A stretch of 64,000 nucleotides of DNA from an uncultured Candidatus Saccharibacteria bacterium (GTDB lineage Bacteria; Patescibacteriota; Minisyncoccia; Portnoybacterales; UBA2143). The stretch lies in NCBI GenBank assembly GCA_964413015.1, contig CAYPQZ010000008.1, positions 111,626 to 175,625 of the forward strand, read 5' to 3'. The notes below the pieces were generated by a model. That model was not told the origin of the DNA. It worked only from the letters and a program-made list of their open reading frames with translations, and made no database searches. Positions 26,338 to 37,186 of this stretch are shown one piece after another (within the stretch, counting starts at the first letter, position 1; each line of letters opens with the position of its first letter). A program made the translations under genes and the position numbers.

Positions 26338-28800
26338 ATGAGAAAAAAAGACGAAAAAAAAGAGAATAAAATAGAAGTTGGACAAATCAAAAAACGCTCG
26401 ATTACCGAAGAGATGAAAGATTCCTATTTGGATTATGCCATGAGCGTGATTGTGGCACGGGCTCTGCCCGATGTGCGCGATGGATTAAAACCGGTTCACC
26501 GTCGTATCCTTTACGCGATGTATCGAATGGGGCTAACCAGTTCGTCTAAATTTAGAAAATCGGCGACTATTGTCGGAGAGACCTTGGGTAAGTACCATCC
26601 TCACGGAGATGCGGCTGTCTATGAGTCAATGGTTAAAATGGCTCAGGATTTTCATACCAGGTATCCTTTGGTTCACGGACAGGGAAATTTTGGCTCTATG
26701 GATGGCGATAACGCAGCAGCTATGAGATATACGGAAGCGAAAATGCACCGGATTGCCGAAGAAATGCTCTTAGACATTGACAAAGAGACAGTTGATTGGA
26801 CAGATAATTATGACGGGACAAGAAAAGAGCCGGTTGTCCTGCCGGCTAAATTGCCCCAACTGCTTTTGAACGGATGTATGGGCATAGCGGTTGGCATGGC
26901 TACCAATATTCCGCCTCATAATCTGGGAGAAATAGTTGACGGGGTCATTTTTTTGATTGACAATCCCAAGTCCATGGTTCAGGACATCTTCAAATTCATT
27001 AAAGGTCCTGATTTTCCCACTGGTGGAGAAATCTACAATCGTCCGGGAATGATTCAGGCCTACAGCACCGGTCGAGGTCCGATTGTTAATCGGGCTAAAA
27101 CAGAAATTGTTGAAAGGAAAACGGGAAAATTCCAGATTGTTATTCACGAAATAACTTATGGAACGAATAAAGCTAATTTAATAACCAGAATAGCCGACTT
27201 AGTTAAAGACAAGAAGATACAGGGAGTTAAAGATGTTCGCGATGAGTCAGATAAAGAAGGCGTCAGAATAGCCATTGATCTGAAAAATGACGCGCAACCT
27301 CAGAAGATACTTAACCAGCTTTTCAAATTGACTGATTTGCAGAAAACCTTTCATTTGAATATGATTGCTTTGATTAACGGTCTTCAGCCTCAAGTTTTGT
27401 CTTTAAAGAATATTTTGGAGGAATATGTTAAACATCGCCGCGAAGTTGTTATCCGACGGGCTGAGTTTGAATTAAAACAGGCCAAAGCGAGGGTCCATAT
27501 TTTAGAAGGCCTGAACAAGGCGATTGACCATATTGACGCAGTCATTAAAACGATTAAAGAATCGGCTGATAAAGAAATTGCTCATAAAAACCTGGTTAAA
27601 AAGTTTAAGTTGACCGTTCTTCAGGCAGCTGCCATTTTAGAAATGCGCTTGCAGGCCTTGGCCGGCCTGGAAAGAAAGAAGATTAAAGATGAGCTAAAAG
27701 AGAAAAAGCAGCTGATTAAAGAACTGGGAATTTTGCTGAAAAGTCCTAGGAAAATTTTAGGGATAGTTAAGAAAGAGCTAAAAGAGACTAAGGAGAGATA
27801 CGCTGACGAGAGGAAGACCAAAGTTTACCGGCAGGCGGTTGGCCAGCTGACTGAAGAGGAATTAGTCTCCAAAGAAGAATGTGTTATTATTCTAACCATG
27901 GGCGGGTATATTAAGAGGGTCAACCCACAATCCTACCATACTCAGAAAAGAGGCGGCAAAGGAACAGTTGGCATCAAGCCCAGAGATGAAGACGTAGTTA
28001 GCTGGTTTTTATCTGCTTCAACCCATGATGATATTTTATTTTTCACTGACCAGGGACGAGTCTTTCGAGCTAAGGCCTATGAAATTCCGGAAACCGGCCG
28101 GACCGCCCGGGGACAGGCGATTGTCAACATTCTTCAACTAGGTCCCCAAGAAAAAATTAGCGCCATTCTGAATGTGGATAACCAGCAAAGCATGAAGTAT
28201 TTGGTAATGTCTACGGAAAATGGTATAATTAAGAGAACTAAAATTGAAGATTTTATTAATGTCAGGCGGTCCGGATTAATAGCTATTCGGTTGAATAAGG
28301 GAGATAAGCTAAAATGGGCTAAGCTAGCTTCTGGAAGAAGCGAAGTTATTTTGATAACTTCCAAAGGGCAAAGTATTCGTTTTAAAGAAAGTGATGTCAG
28401 GCCGATGTCCAGAGCAGCCGCCGGGGTAAAAGGCATTAATTTGAGGAAAAACGATAAATTAATCGGTATGGATGTTATTGAATCCGGCGATGAGAAAAAA
28501 GGGCTAAAAGTGCTGGTTATTACCAAGAATGGTTTTGGCAAAAGAACCTATTTAAAATATTACAAAATTCAAAAAAGGGGCGGTTTAGGAATTAAAACTG
28601 CCAAGCTTACTGAAAAAACAGGCGATATCGTGGCTAGCCGGATATTAAATAGGCAGGAAGACCTATTCGCTATTTCTCAAAAAGGACATGTGATTAGAAC
28701 CAACCTTAAAAATGTTTCCTGCTTAGGGAGAGCTACTCAAGGCGTCAGAATCATGAAAATGAGTCAGGGCGATGAAGTAGCCTCAATAGCATGTCTTTAA
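26338..28800 (+). CDS. gyrA: DNA gyrase subunit A
   Basis: [22 protein letters not shown], GyrA-box QKRGGKG. Confidence 0.98.
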   Translation: MRKKDEKKENKIEVGQIKKRSITEEMKDSYLDYAMSVIVARALPDVRDGLKPVHRRILYAMYRMGLTSSSKFRKSATIVGETLGKYHPHGDAAVYESMVKMAQDFHTRYPLVHGQGNFGSMDGDNAAAMRYTEAKMHRIAEEMLLDIDKETVDWTDNYDGTRKEPVVLPAKLPQLLLNGCMGIAVGMATNIPPHNLGEIVDGVIFLIDNPKSMVQDIFKFIKGPDFPTGGEIYNRPGMIQAYSTGRGPIVNRAKTEIVERKTGKFQIVIHEITYGTNKANLITRIADLVKDKKIQGVKDVRDESDKEGVRIAIDLKNDAQPQKILNQLFKLTDLQKTFHLNMIALINGLQPQVLSLKNILEEYVKHRREVVIRRAEFELKQAKARVHILEGLNKAIDHIDAVIKTIKESADKEIAHKNLVKKFKLTVLQAAAILEMRLQALAGLERKKIKDELKEKKQLIKELGILLKSPRKILGIVKKELKETKERYADERKTKVYRQAVGQLTEEELVSKEECVIILTMGGYIKRVNPQSYHTQKRGGKGTVGIKPRDEDVVSWFLSASTHDDILFFTDQGRVFRAKAYEIPETGRTARGQAIVNILQLGPQEKISAILNVDNQQSMKYLVMSTENGIIKRTKIEDFINVRRSGLIAIRLNKGDKLKWAKLASGRSEVILITSKGQSIRFKESDVRPMSRAAAGVKGINLRKNDKLIGMDVIESGDEKKGLKVLVITKNGFGKRTYLKYYKIQKRGGLGIKTAKLTEKTGDIVASRILNRQEDLFAISQKGHVIRTNLKNVSCLGRATQGVRIMKMSQGDEVASIACL

Positions 28801-28803
28801 TTT

Positions 28804-29340
28804 ATGGCAGAGAATACTAATGGCTTTTTTAAACCAGAGGAAATTTTAAGCCAGTTGGATATACGTAATAATATGATAGTGGCTGATTTTGGCTGCGGCG
28901 GAGGATTTTTCAGCATTCCGGTGGCTAAATTGGTTAAACGTGGTCAGGTTTATGCTTTAGACGTGATTAAGGAAAATTTGGAAGCGGTTAGAAGCAAAGC
29001 TGAATTAGAAGGTATTGGCAATATTACAACAGTCCATTGCAATCTAGAAATTCTGGGTTCTTCTAAAATAAAAGACGATTCAGCGGATTTGGTCATTTTG
29101 CGAAATATTTTGTTCCAGTCCCAGAAAAAAGAAGAAGTTCTTAAGGAGGTAAAAAGGATTCTTAAAGATAATGGCCGAATGGTTATTATTGAGTGGCTTA
29201 AGGGCGCTTCTTTAGCTCCCGAAGAAGGATGGTTTGTTTCAAAGGACGAGCTTAGAAATTTAGTTAGTGGTCAGGGATTAGTTTTAGATAGAGAATTATC
29301 TCTTGATAACCAGCATTACGGAATGGTTTTTAAGAAATAG
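28804..29340 (+). CDS. Class I SAM-dependent methyltransferase
   Basis: VADFGCGGG, VYALD, ILKDNGRMVIIEW. Confidence 0.88.
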   Translation: MAENTNGFFKPEEILSQLDIRNNMIVADFGCGGGFFSIPVAKLVKRGQVYALDVIKENLEAVRSKAELEGIGNITTVHCNLEILGSSKIKDDSADLVILRNILFQSQKKEEVLKEVKRILKDNGRMVIIEWLKGASLAPEEGWFVSKDELRNLVSGQGLVLDRELSLDNQHYGMVFKK

Positions 29341-29365
29341 ATTAAGGACAGTTCTTGTATAAATC

Positions 29366-30661
29366 ATGCCTAAAATAAAATTTACCAAGCTTTACACTTT
29401 CGTTATTCCGGTTATTATTATTGGGCTGGCTTCTGTTATCCCGGGATGCAAGGAGAAACCAAAAGATGTAAAATTGGAATTCTGGGGAATTTTTGACGAT
29501 TCAGATATTTACAAATCATTAATTAACGATTTTAGCAGCCAATATCCGCACATTAAGATAAATTATCACAAAAGAGTCAGCTCATCTTATGAGAAAGATT
29601 TGCTTGAGGCTATGGCCACTAATCGTGGCCCGGACATTTTTATGCTTCACAACACTTGGCTGCCTAGGTATCAAAATAAGGTAATGGCTGCTCCGTCGGA
29701 GCTTATTACCCTCAAGCAATTTCAGGAAGATTTTGTTGATGTAGTTTATGAGGATTTTGTCTTAGATGATTATTACATCTGCGCTTTGCCTTTGGGAGTT
29801 GATACTTTGGCTCTTTATTACAATAAGGATATTTTTAATACCGATGGGATTGCTCGTCCTCCAGTCACCTGGGAAGAATTTTTAACTGATGTGGAAAAGC
29901 TCACTCTTGAGGATGAACGCGGAAACATTACTAGAGCGGGAGCCGCTTTAGGCACGGCCCGAAACATTAATCGTTCAACCGACATTCTTTCTCTTTTGAT
30001 GCTTCAGTCTGGGACTCCGGTAGTTAATGCAGATGAAAGCAAGGCAGTCTTCAATAATCCAATTAGGGCTGATTCTGGAGAGGAATTTTGTCCTGGCGAA
30101 AGAGCTTTGGAATTTTACACTGATTTTGCCAATCCCTTAAAATCAGTTTATACTTGGAATACCCGGATGCATTATTCTATTGATGCTTTTTATGAAGGAA
30201 AGGCGGCGATGATATTTAATTATGCCTACAATTTGCCGATTATCCGAGCAAAAGCGCCCTATTTAAATTTTGCGGTGGCGCCGATGCCGCAAATCAAAGG
30301 AGCGGACAAAAATGTTAATTACGCTAATTATTGGGGATTAACGGTTTCCCGCAATTCCGAGGTTCCTGTAGCCGCTTGGCAGTTTATCGTCTGGCTTTCT
30401 GAAAAAGAGAATATGAAGAAGTATTTAGAATTGACCGAAAGGCCAACTGCCAGACGCGATTTAGTTGACTGGCAGAGAGACGACCCTAGAATAGGGGTTT
30501 TTGCCGGGCAGGCTCTAACTGCTCATTCTTGGTACCAAGTGGATAACTCCAGCATTGAAACCGTTTTAGCGAATATGATAGAATCAGTAGTGCTGGGTGA
30601 ATCAACTATTAAAGACGCTGTTGGAAAAGCGGCCAAGCAAATAACTCTTTTGATGAAATAA
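29366..30661 (+). CDS. Extracellular solute-binding (sugar-type) lipoprotein
   Basis: Signal plus IPGC; GPDIF, LYYNKDIF, PPVTWEEF, FYEGKAAM. Confidence 0.85.
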   Translation: MPKIKFTKLYTFVIPVIIIGLASVIPGCKEKPKDVKLEFWGIFDDSDIYKSLINDFSSQYPHIKINYHKRVSSSYEKDLLEAMATNRGPDIFMLHNTWLPRYQNKVMAAPSELITLKQFQEDFVDVVYEDFVLDDYYICALPLGVDTLALYYNKDIFNTDGIARPPVTWEEFLTDVEKLTLEDERGNITRAGAALGTARNINRSTDILSLLMLQSGTPVVNADESKAVFNNPIRADSGEEFCPGERALEFYTDFANPLKSVYTWNTRMHYSIDAFYEGKAAMIFNYAYNLPIIRAKAPYLNFAVAPMPQIKGADKNVNYANYWGLTVSRNSEVPVAAWQFIVWLSEKENMKKYLELTERPTARRDLVDWQRDDPRIGVFAGQALTAHSWYQVDNSSIETVLANMIESVVLGESTIKDAVGKAAKQITLLMK

Positions 30662-30663
30662 GA

Positions 30664-31014
30664 ATGTATTTGATTAAAAACAAATTTATAAAGTTCGCTT
30701 GGTTATTTTTTATAGGATTAATTTTAGCGGTTCCGTTGTTTAACGCTTGGGCCGCTAATAGCAGCAATTTTAAAAACCCGCTTGATTCGGACAGTTTTAG
30801 TGAAATAGCCGAAAGCATTATAGAATGGATAGTTAATATCGGAGTGTTAATTGCCGTTATTATGATTATTTATTCCGGTATTTTATTTATGGCCTCTCGA
30901 GGCGATGACGAGAATATTACCAAGGCTAAAAAGGCTTTAATGTGGTCTTTAATCGGTTTAGCTATTTTATTGATAGGCAAAAGCTGGATTAGTATTATTG
31001 AAAGTTTGCTTTAA
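30664..31014 (+). CDS. TrbC/VirB2-like pilin (CPR type)
   Basis: Signal, NPL motif, IIYSG..FM.S.GD....KAK..L..S.IG. Confidence 0.78.
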   Translation: MYLIKNKFIKFAWLFFIGLILAVPLFNAWAANSSNFKNPLDSDSFSEIAESIIEWIVNIGVLIAVIMIIYSGILFMASRGDDENITKAKKALMWSLIGLAILLIGKSWISIIESLL

Positions 31015-31167
31015 ATACTTAAATAAAAATTGCAGCTCGTCTTTGCCATTTAAGCTTTGGCAAGGTAGGCCCGCCTTCGTTCCGGCTTGCGTCTGAGCTT
31101 CGGCGGACGCTAATTTTTATAGTTAAATTGAAAATTTAGATAAAAATTGCGAAAGGGGGTGAAATTT

Positions 31168-31524
31168 GTGAAAAAAATTAAAGGAATCATATATTCTATA
31201 TCAGCAAGTTTGTTGGCCCTGCCGTTTGTTAGTGCCGCTCAACCCCCGTCGATTCCAAGAGGCGAAGGCTCGATTGAAAGTCTGTATGAAAAATTTATCG
31301 TTATAGTTCAATATATTTTTGGTATCGCCTTAGCTATAGGAATAATTTTGATAATTTGGGGAGGTGTTGGCTGGATGATGGCCGGAGGAGACGAAGAGAA
31401 AATTACTACTGCTCGCCGAAATTTACTATACGGGGTAATCGGGATAGCTATTATTATCGGAGTCTACGTAATAATTAATGCAGTTGCTAGCTTTCTTGGA
31501 CTTACCGTTGATCTCCCTTCCTAA
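31168..31524 (+). CDS. TrbC/VirB2-like pilin (CPR type)
   Basis: IIWGG..WM.AGGDEEK...AR..L.YG.IG; GTG start after GGGGGTGA RBS. Confidence 0.78.
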   Translation: MKKIKGIIYSISASLLALPFVSAAQPPSIPRGEGSIESLYEKFIVIVQYIFGIALAIGIILIIWGGVGWMMAGGDEEKITTARRNLLYGVIGIAIIIGVYVIINAVASFLGLTVDLPS

Positions 31525-31548
31525 AGTTGGCTTTAGAATTATAAATGA

Positions 31549-31584
31549 AAAAGCCAGGAACGCTTTTTGCGTTGCCTGGCTTTT
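31549..31584. terminator. Bidirectional terminator
   Basis: AAAAGCCAGG...CCTGGCTTTT between convergent genes. Confidence 0.7.
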
Positions 31585-33235
31585 AATTTTCTTCTGTCTG
31601 AAAAATTATTACTTCTGGATATTTCGGGGATTGGTAAACCTTTTTAAATAAAGGAGAATTTACTAATATTCCTTTAAGTATCTTGTGCGTTTTATTGCGA
31701 TTGTCTATAAAAATATACCGGCTTTGAAAATCGTCCTTAATAATTTGGTGTATTTTTTTTCCACGTTGAGAGATTTTTTCGGTATAAACTGAATTAGGGC
31801 ATTTTTTTATGTTTTGAGAGCAGATAATCCCTTGGTTGGTAATATTATGCCAAAGCCAGTAAAGCTTTTTATCATAAACATACATAAAAGTAGGGTCCAT
31901 ACCGACAATATATCTATTGTGGTGATTATAGAAAAACAATTGCGGGAAATTGTCCCAATTAGCATTGAAAACAATCGAGTTCTGCAGGGTGTTTTGTTTT
32001 AGCCATTCTCCTGCCCCTTTATATTTATCGAATGGATAAATGTTCTCTTCCATAGATTTAATTGCTTTAGTAATGTTGGCATAACTGAAGAAAATAATGA
32101 TTGAACCGAGCGCAACGAGAAAAAAATATTTCAGCCAGGACAAAAAGTAGTATTTTTTCTGGAATATCTTAATAAATTCAGCGATTATCCTTTTCCAGTA
32201 ATTGTCTCGAGAAAGGTATTTAAAGGTAAAAGCGGCAAAAAGGACGGTAAATGGAATCCAATATTCGAAAAAACGTTGGCTCATAAAAGTTAATATGCAG
32301 AAAAAGACTGATAGAGAAAAAGCGTAGATATAGATAATTGATAGTTTATTTTTCTTAATTCTTTTTTCTATGAAATTTATAATCATAGAAGCTATTCCTA
32401 TGCCGAAAAGATAAATCAGAACCAAATTATCTTTTACAGAAGCGCTGATCGGATGCATTTCAACGCCGATATTTAATTGAACGCCTTTGAGCTTATAAAA
32501 AATTACATAAAAATTTTGGATGAAAATAGTGTAAAAGTTTTGAGGAAAATCGGGACGAACGATTAACCCTATAAGAAGTCCTGCAAAAAGATAAGCTAGA
32601 ATTCTCCAGTCAAATTTTTTAGTTTTCCAATATTCTATCAGAACATAGATTAATCCAATTATCAGGATGAGCTGGGAAGCGGTATAGGTTAGAGTATAGA
32701 TTAATGACAACAAAAGAAGGTAAAAATATTTTTTATTAATAATTAAATAAAATCCCAAGATTAGAAATATAATAGACAAAAGGAACGCTCTTGAAAGGGT
32801 CACTCGGAAAATAAAATCACTTGAAGCGGCAAAAAGCAATAAGGTCCATATAAGGCTATATTTTATTTTGGATTTTTTTAAAATCCAATAGAACAAAGAA
32901 AAAATTAAAGCGGCTAAAAAAACAGCCGCTATTTTACTACCAGCAATTAAGTCTCCATAGGTAAAGGGTATTAGGAAAATATGATGGAAAAAAGAAAGGT
33001 CGGTTGGGAATTTATTTAATATAGTATATTCTCCTATGCTAAAATTATTTAATGTTTCTACTATGCCCAGAGACTGATAAAGATTAGCATATTTGATATG
33101 ATAATAAGCATCTGTTCCGGTTAGGTTCAGCGATGAGAATTGGATTAAAATAAAAGCCGTAAAGAATAGGAGAAAAACTAAAAAAAGGCGAATTGCCTTA
33201 GATTGTTTTATTGTTGAAAAAGCGGATAATCTCAT
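31583..33235 (-). CDS. Polytopic membrane protein, probable GT-C glycosyltransferase
   Basis: DAYYH after TM1, many TMs, RFFEY, NWDNFPQL...GMDP periplasmic tail. Confidence 0.6.
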   Translation of the reverse strand: MRLSAFSTIKQSKAIRLFLVFLLFFTAFILIQFSSLNLTGTDAYYHIKYANLYQSLGIVETLNNFSIGEYTILNKFPTDLSFFHHIFLIPFTYGDLIAGSKIAAVFLAALIFSLFYWILKKSKIKYSLIWTLLLFAASSDFIFRVTLSRAFLLSIIFLILGFYLIINKKYFYLLLLSLIYTLTYTASQLILIIGLIYVLIEYWKTKKFDWRILAYLFAGLLIGLIVRPDFPQNFYTIFIQNFYVIFYKLKGVQLNIGVEMHPISASVKDNLVLIYLFGIGIASMIINFIEKRIKKNKLSIIYIYAFSLSVFFCILTFMSQRFFEYWIPFTVLFAAFTFKYLSRDNYWKRIIAEFIKIFQKKYYFLSWLKYFFLVALGSIIIFFSYANITKAIKSMEENIYPFDKYKGAGEWLKQNTLQNSIVFNANWDNFPQLFFYNHHNRYIVGMDPTFMYVYDKKLYWLWHNITNQGIICSQNIKKCPNSVYTEKISQRGKKIHQIIKDDFQSRYIFIDNRNKTHKILKGILVNSPLFKKVYQSPKYPEVIIFQTEEN

Positions 33236-33259
33236 AATGTTGTATAAATTATAACAAAA

Positions 33260-33291
33260 AAGAGGCGGAGAAGCTAAAGCTTCCGCCTCTT
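33260..33291 (-). terminator. Intrinsic terminator
   Basis: AAGAGGCGGA...TCCGCCTCTT with T-run on the minus strand. Confidence 0.75.
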
Positions 33292-33296
33292 GTTAG

Positions 33297-33818
33297 TTAA
33301 ATTATTTTAACCTTAACAGCGAAACTGCCAAAGTTGTCTTGTATCCAGTCCAACCTAAATCTCTGGCCGTCGTGGATGTCGTCATTGACAGTGAAGTAAA
33401 GTTTTCCGCTCCGAGAAGCAAGGAAACTTTTCCCCTTTCCCACAAAGAACCATGGGCCGCTGCCTATTTTAGCGCAGAGGGCCATAAACGGAGAGTTTGG
33501 GCCTAAAGGACGTTTTCTTCTAGCGTCCCAACACCATGGCCTCCCTTCTGGCCCCGTCCATCCGTAGGCCCCATCACTTTGATCTCTGCAACTGTTAACT
33601 TTCCCAGTAGCTTTAATCGAAATTTTTTGACCTTTTTCCATCCATATTCCAGAATCAAATTTCAGCGATTTTGCTGGAATCATTAATTCCGAATATCCGT
33701 CAAGATTTTGATTGATAGACGGTTTTTTAGGGAATTCTGACTTCCATAAAGGCACTATTAATAAACATGCTCCGATTAAAACTAGGAAACATTTCCATCC
33801 TTTAGACATTTTTTCCAT
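33297..33818 (-). CDS. Membrane-anchored protein with LecA/PA-IL-like beta-sandwich
   Basis: ISIKATG, GPEG, ALCAKIG..PWFFVG, GKLYFTVND, DN.GSF.V. Confidence 0.55.
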   Translation of the reverse strand: MEKMSKGWKCFLVLIGACLLIVPLWKSEFPKKPSINQNLDGYSELMIPAKSLKFDSGIWMEKGQKISIKATGKVNSCRDQSDGAYGWTGPEGRPWCWDARRKRPLGPNSPFMALCAKIGSGPWFFVGKGKSFLASRSGKLYFTVNDDIHDGQRFRLDWIQDNFGSFAVKVKII

Positions 33819-33821
33819 TCT

Positions 33822-34874
33822 CTACCTCCTTCTTAGCGCTTCGCCTATGCCCTTGCCAAAACCTTCAAGCCCTTGAATATCATGAATTTGTTTATTCACC
33901 TTTTTCCTTTCCGTCTGGACTATATCGCGAGCTTCTTGAAGAGAATATCCTATACCTTTAAGTTCTTTAATTCTTTTCCGAACATGTTCAAGTTCTGTTT
34001 TTTCCGCTTCTCGTTCTTTCTTTTCTTTTACGTCTTTTTCAGCGGCTTTTTCTAATTCAGTCCCTTCTTTTATAGATATGTCGCCAATATTGAGACGATT
34101 TAAGGTTATGCCTAATTGTGGAATAGATTGAATTCCATTCCCTCTTTGTATCTCTTTTACTTGATTTATCCTTATCCCAACCTCTTTTTCAATGTTTGCC
34201 TTGTCTTCTTTTTGTAGTATTTCGTCAACGCGTTTCCATTTTTTCCCCCATGTTCTCTCTTCACTTTTGGTTGGTGATATTTGTGGTTCGTTGAAATACT
34301 TAAAAAGAATAGTCGTTGGGACACGCGATGGAATTGGGTTTAATTCTTTACCGGCTACTGCTTTAATAAGTATTTCTACGGCTTCTTCCCGAGAGCCAAG
34401 CGCCTCTTCAAAAGTTTGGGGTCCTTCTTGATGATTCATTGCCCAAGCCCTAACTCTTTCTCGAACGATATCAGCCAGAATATTTTTTACTCCATTCTCG
34501 CCACCGCTATTGAGATAATTAATTAGATATTTTTCATGAGGCGTCCAAGTTAAACTAATAGGAATTTCTAATACGGCTAAATCAGGCGTCCTAACTGTTT
34601 CTGTCGGTAAATCCTGATTTTTCTTTGTTACATCAACAGGGATTACGTCGTAAAAAAAAGGAATTAAAAATCTCCATCCTTCTTTTTTAGTTTTATCCCT
34701 CCTTTGCCCTAGAATGGTAATTAGTCCAAGATGAGGCGGATCGGCTTTTATTTTTTTTAAACAAATAGCTAGTCCCAATATGCTTAACCCTAATGGAATG
34801 CAGCCCCAGACGTTCCATGCTAATAACCATAAAAATCCTAATCCCATCATTCCAAAGATAATTCCTGCTATCAT
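33822..34874 (-). CDS. SPFH/band-7 domain membrane protein
   Basis: Two TMs, G.RR....EGWRF.IP, GITLNRLNIGDI, coiled coil. Confidence 0.65.
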   Translation of the reverse strand: MIAGIIFGMMGLGFLWLLAWNVWGCIPLGLSILGLAICLKKIKADPPHLGLITILGQRRDKTKKEGWRFLIPFFYDVIPVDVTKKNQDLPTETVRTPDLAVLEIPISLTWTPHEKYLINYLNSGGENGVKNILADIVRERVRAWAMNHQEGPQTFEEALGSREEAVEILIKAVAGKELNPIPSRVPTTILFKYFNEPQISPTKSEERTWGKKWKRVDEILQKEDKANIEKEVGIRINQVKEIQRGNGIQSIPQLGITLNRLNIGDISIKEGTELEKAAEKDVKEKKEREAEKTELEHVRKRIKELKGIGYSLQEARDIVQTERKKVNKQIHDIQGLEGFGKGIGEALRRR

Positions 34875-35125
34875 GATTTTCCCTCCTTTTCAGTTATTAT
34901 TTTTTTAAGGAACTGGAATCCAAGTTCCTTTTTGCCTAAATTCCTTTACATATTATATACAATAAAAATAAAAATGTCAACCTCAAACCAGAGCAAAACT
35001 CAATTCAGGGCAAATAGTTGATTTATGCCCTAGATTTATTTATACTATGAATAGTTGAAATAAAATCTTGCCTTTGCGAATAACAAACTGTGCACGCCTT
35101 ATCACGCCGTGAGACAGGACGAAAG

Positions 35126-35208
35126 GCGGACGTGGCGGAACGGCAGACGCGTCAGGTTTAGGACCTGGTGGGGTAAAACCCGTGAGAGTTCAAATCTCTC
35201 CGTCCGCA
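35126..35208 (+). tRNA. tRNA-Leu(TAG)
   Basis: Type II cloverleaf, anticodon TAG. Confidence 0.93.
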
Positions 35209-35236
35209 CAGAATAAATAAAATTAAAAAAAGGCCG

Positions 35237-35351
35237 GTCAAAATTTAAGGAGTCGTCCTCTCCCTCCGGAGGCGGACAGGCGAGCGTGACCTTCCACCTT
35301 TGGCGTAAGATCACTATTCTCAATGACAATATTTAAATTTTTAAAATTGTC
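35237..35351. repeat. About 115-bp dispersed structured repeat, copy 1
   Basis: Reverse complement aligns end to end with 59500-59613. Confidence 0.85.
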
Positions 35352-35401
35352 TTCTTCGCAAACACAGCATCCAAAAGGACTGCCCTTTAAAGATTGAAAT
35401 C

Positions 35402-37105
35402 TTACTCGGGTTCCCCGTTGCCGGTTTGTGTTGGATACAAGTCGGGGGATTTGTAGTTGGAATAGAACTCCTGCTGGTCAATTAACTGGCCATCCTGATA
35501 AATTTCCTGATACAAGATGGTTTTCATAGAACCGTCTTTATTGCTTTCCAGAATGTAGGGTCCTTTAACTTTCGTCTCGCGGCCGTCATCAGTGCCGTAA
35601 AAGTTAAAAATCAGCTGATATCCCTGAAACTTGGTTTCAATCAATAAGTGGTTAGGAGTGTTGTTGATAAAACGGAGGTCGGGATGAGGTTCATAAATAG
35701 TTGCATCAAATCCTTGCGGATTGTAGTATTGGACAGGAAAAGCGTGAGGCGACCGTTCAGTAATCTTTAAGCCGCTCTTAACCGCGGCTCTGAAAAAAGT
35801 GGTTGAGACTTGACAAAGACCGCCTCCGTATTCAGGCAGGGTCTCGTTTTTTTTGATGACCAGTTCGGGCAAAAATCCCTGTTCGGCTCCACTGCCGCCT
35901 AAAAGATTATTAAAAGAAAATTCTTCTCCCGGATTAAGAATCAGGCCATTAAATTTAGCTGTTCCGATTTTAATATTGTGAATTCGGTTTTTAGGAGAAC
36001 CGTAAAAATTAGAAGCGCCCTGTCCAAGCAAAACATTAATTCCCAGACCGTTAGTTTGGTCAAGGGTAATCTTGGGCAAAAGCTTTTGAGCTGTAACGTA
36101 AGTTTTTTTAACTGGCGGTTTGGCTGTAATATTCTGAATTAACTGTTCCAGAGTTTTGTCTATGTCAATTCCGTAACCTTCTTGGTCCGGGACAAAAACA
36201 GTTGCCTGGTTGCCCTTAGTTTCTAATTGGGCGTCAATTGGGTAGCTGTTAATAGTTGAAGTTATTTCTACTAAATATTCTTTGATTCTTTTTTTGTCCA
36301 GGGAAACGCCTAGAATTTGATTATCGATTCCGTCTTTCGGAACCGGTTCAAATTTGAGCCAATCAACTAAAATTTTCTTGTCGATATTCCAAGCCCTTGT
36401 TTCTAGTATCAATTGATAGGGTCGTCCGGATAAAATCCTTTGAGCTTCTTCTTTAGCTGCGTCTACTTCGTCATTTTTAACGGTTGGTTCAATAAAAGAT
36501 ATCTCTAGATTAATCTGTTTATTGGATAGCGTATTGATTAATTCCGTTAAATCGGCTAAGAGCTTTTCCCGGTCAACCACTAGGCCGTTAGCTGAATCTT
36601 GGACTAAAAAATCATTGTTTGATTCATCAAAATATAAAGAGGCGTTTTTAACCGGTGTTTCAATATCTTTGAAAAGTTCTTGTGTTTGTTTTTGGAATTT
36701 CTCTTGGTTGACTGAGCAAATAGGCTTAAGGTCATAAAGACCGATCAATGCGGCCAATTGCTCTTTCGTATTAACGAAGAAATTATTCCCGCGACCAATT
36801 TGGTAAAGATTTTTAAGAGTAGTCGGTTCATCAGCTTGCAGCCCCAAATCATTTATTCTAGCTTTTAATTCATGGATTTCTGTTTGACTGGTAAAAACTA
36901 TTTCCTGCTGGTATAGGTTTTCCGTTTTATCTCTTAAAGCTTTTTGGGCAGCGAATATTTTCTGGCCGCCAAAATTAAAACCAGCCAATTTAACTCCCCA
37001 AGCAATTCTTTCTCCGTTGGCTATCTGTAGAGCTAGAATTAAGTATATCAGACAAATTAAAAAAATTAGGAGCGTTTTGGTTAATTGACTGGTGATTTTT
37101 ATCAT
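35402..37105 (-). CDS. VanW family protein with peptidoglycan-binding repeats
   Basis: RIHNI, PGEEFSFN, GGGLCQVSTT, ERSPH, DATIY, DLRF.N. Confidence 0.9.
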   Translation of the reverse strand: MIKITSQLTKTLLIFLICLIYLILALQIANGERIAWGVKLAGFNFGGQKIFAAQKALRDKTENLYQQEIVFTSQTEIHELKARINDLGLQADEPTTLKNLYQIGRGNNFFVNTKEQLAALIGLYDLKPICSVNQEKFQKQTQELFKDIETPVKNASLYFDESNNDFLVQDSANGLVVDREKLLADLTELINTLSNKQINLEISFIEPTVKNDEVDAAKEEAQRILSGRPYQLILETRAWNIDKKILVDWLKFEPVPKDGIDNQILGVSLDKKRIKEYLVEITSTINSYPIDAQLETKGNQATVFVPDQEGYGIDIDKTLEQLIQNITAKPPVKKTYVTAQKLLPKITLDQTNGLGINVLLGQGASNFYGSPKNRIHNIKIGTAKFNGLILNPGEEFSFNNLLGGSGAEQGFLPELVIKKNETLPEYGGGLCQVSTTFFRAAVKSGLKITERSPHAFPVQYYNPQGFDATIYEPHPDLRFINNTPNHLLIETKFQGYQLIFNFYGTDDGRETKVKGPYILESNKDGSMKTILYQEIYQDGQLIDQQEFYSNYKSPDLYPTQTGNGEPE

Positions 37106-37142
37106 TCATTTTATATTACCATAGCTGTGGATAACTGGCAAT

Positions 37143-37171
37143 AAAAAAATCAGCCCTAGGGCTGATTTTTT
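37143..37171 (-). terminator. Intrinsic terminator
   Basis: AAAAAAATCAGCCCTAGGGCTGATTTTTT. Confidence 0.75.
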
Positions 37172-37186
37172 CTTTTTGCAAAGAGC

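Noticed and set aside
30664-31524. Conjugative type IV secretion system
   Set aside because: Only VirB2-like pilins are present; no VirB4, VirD4 or relaxase in the window.
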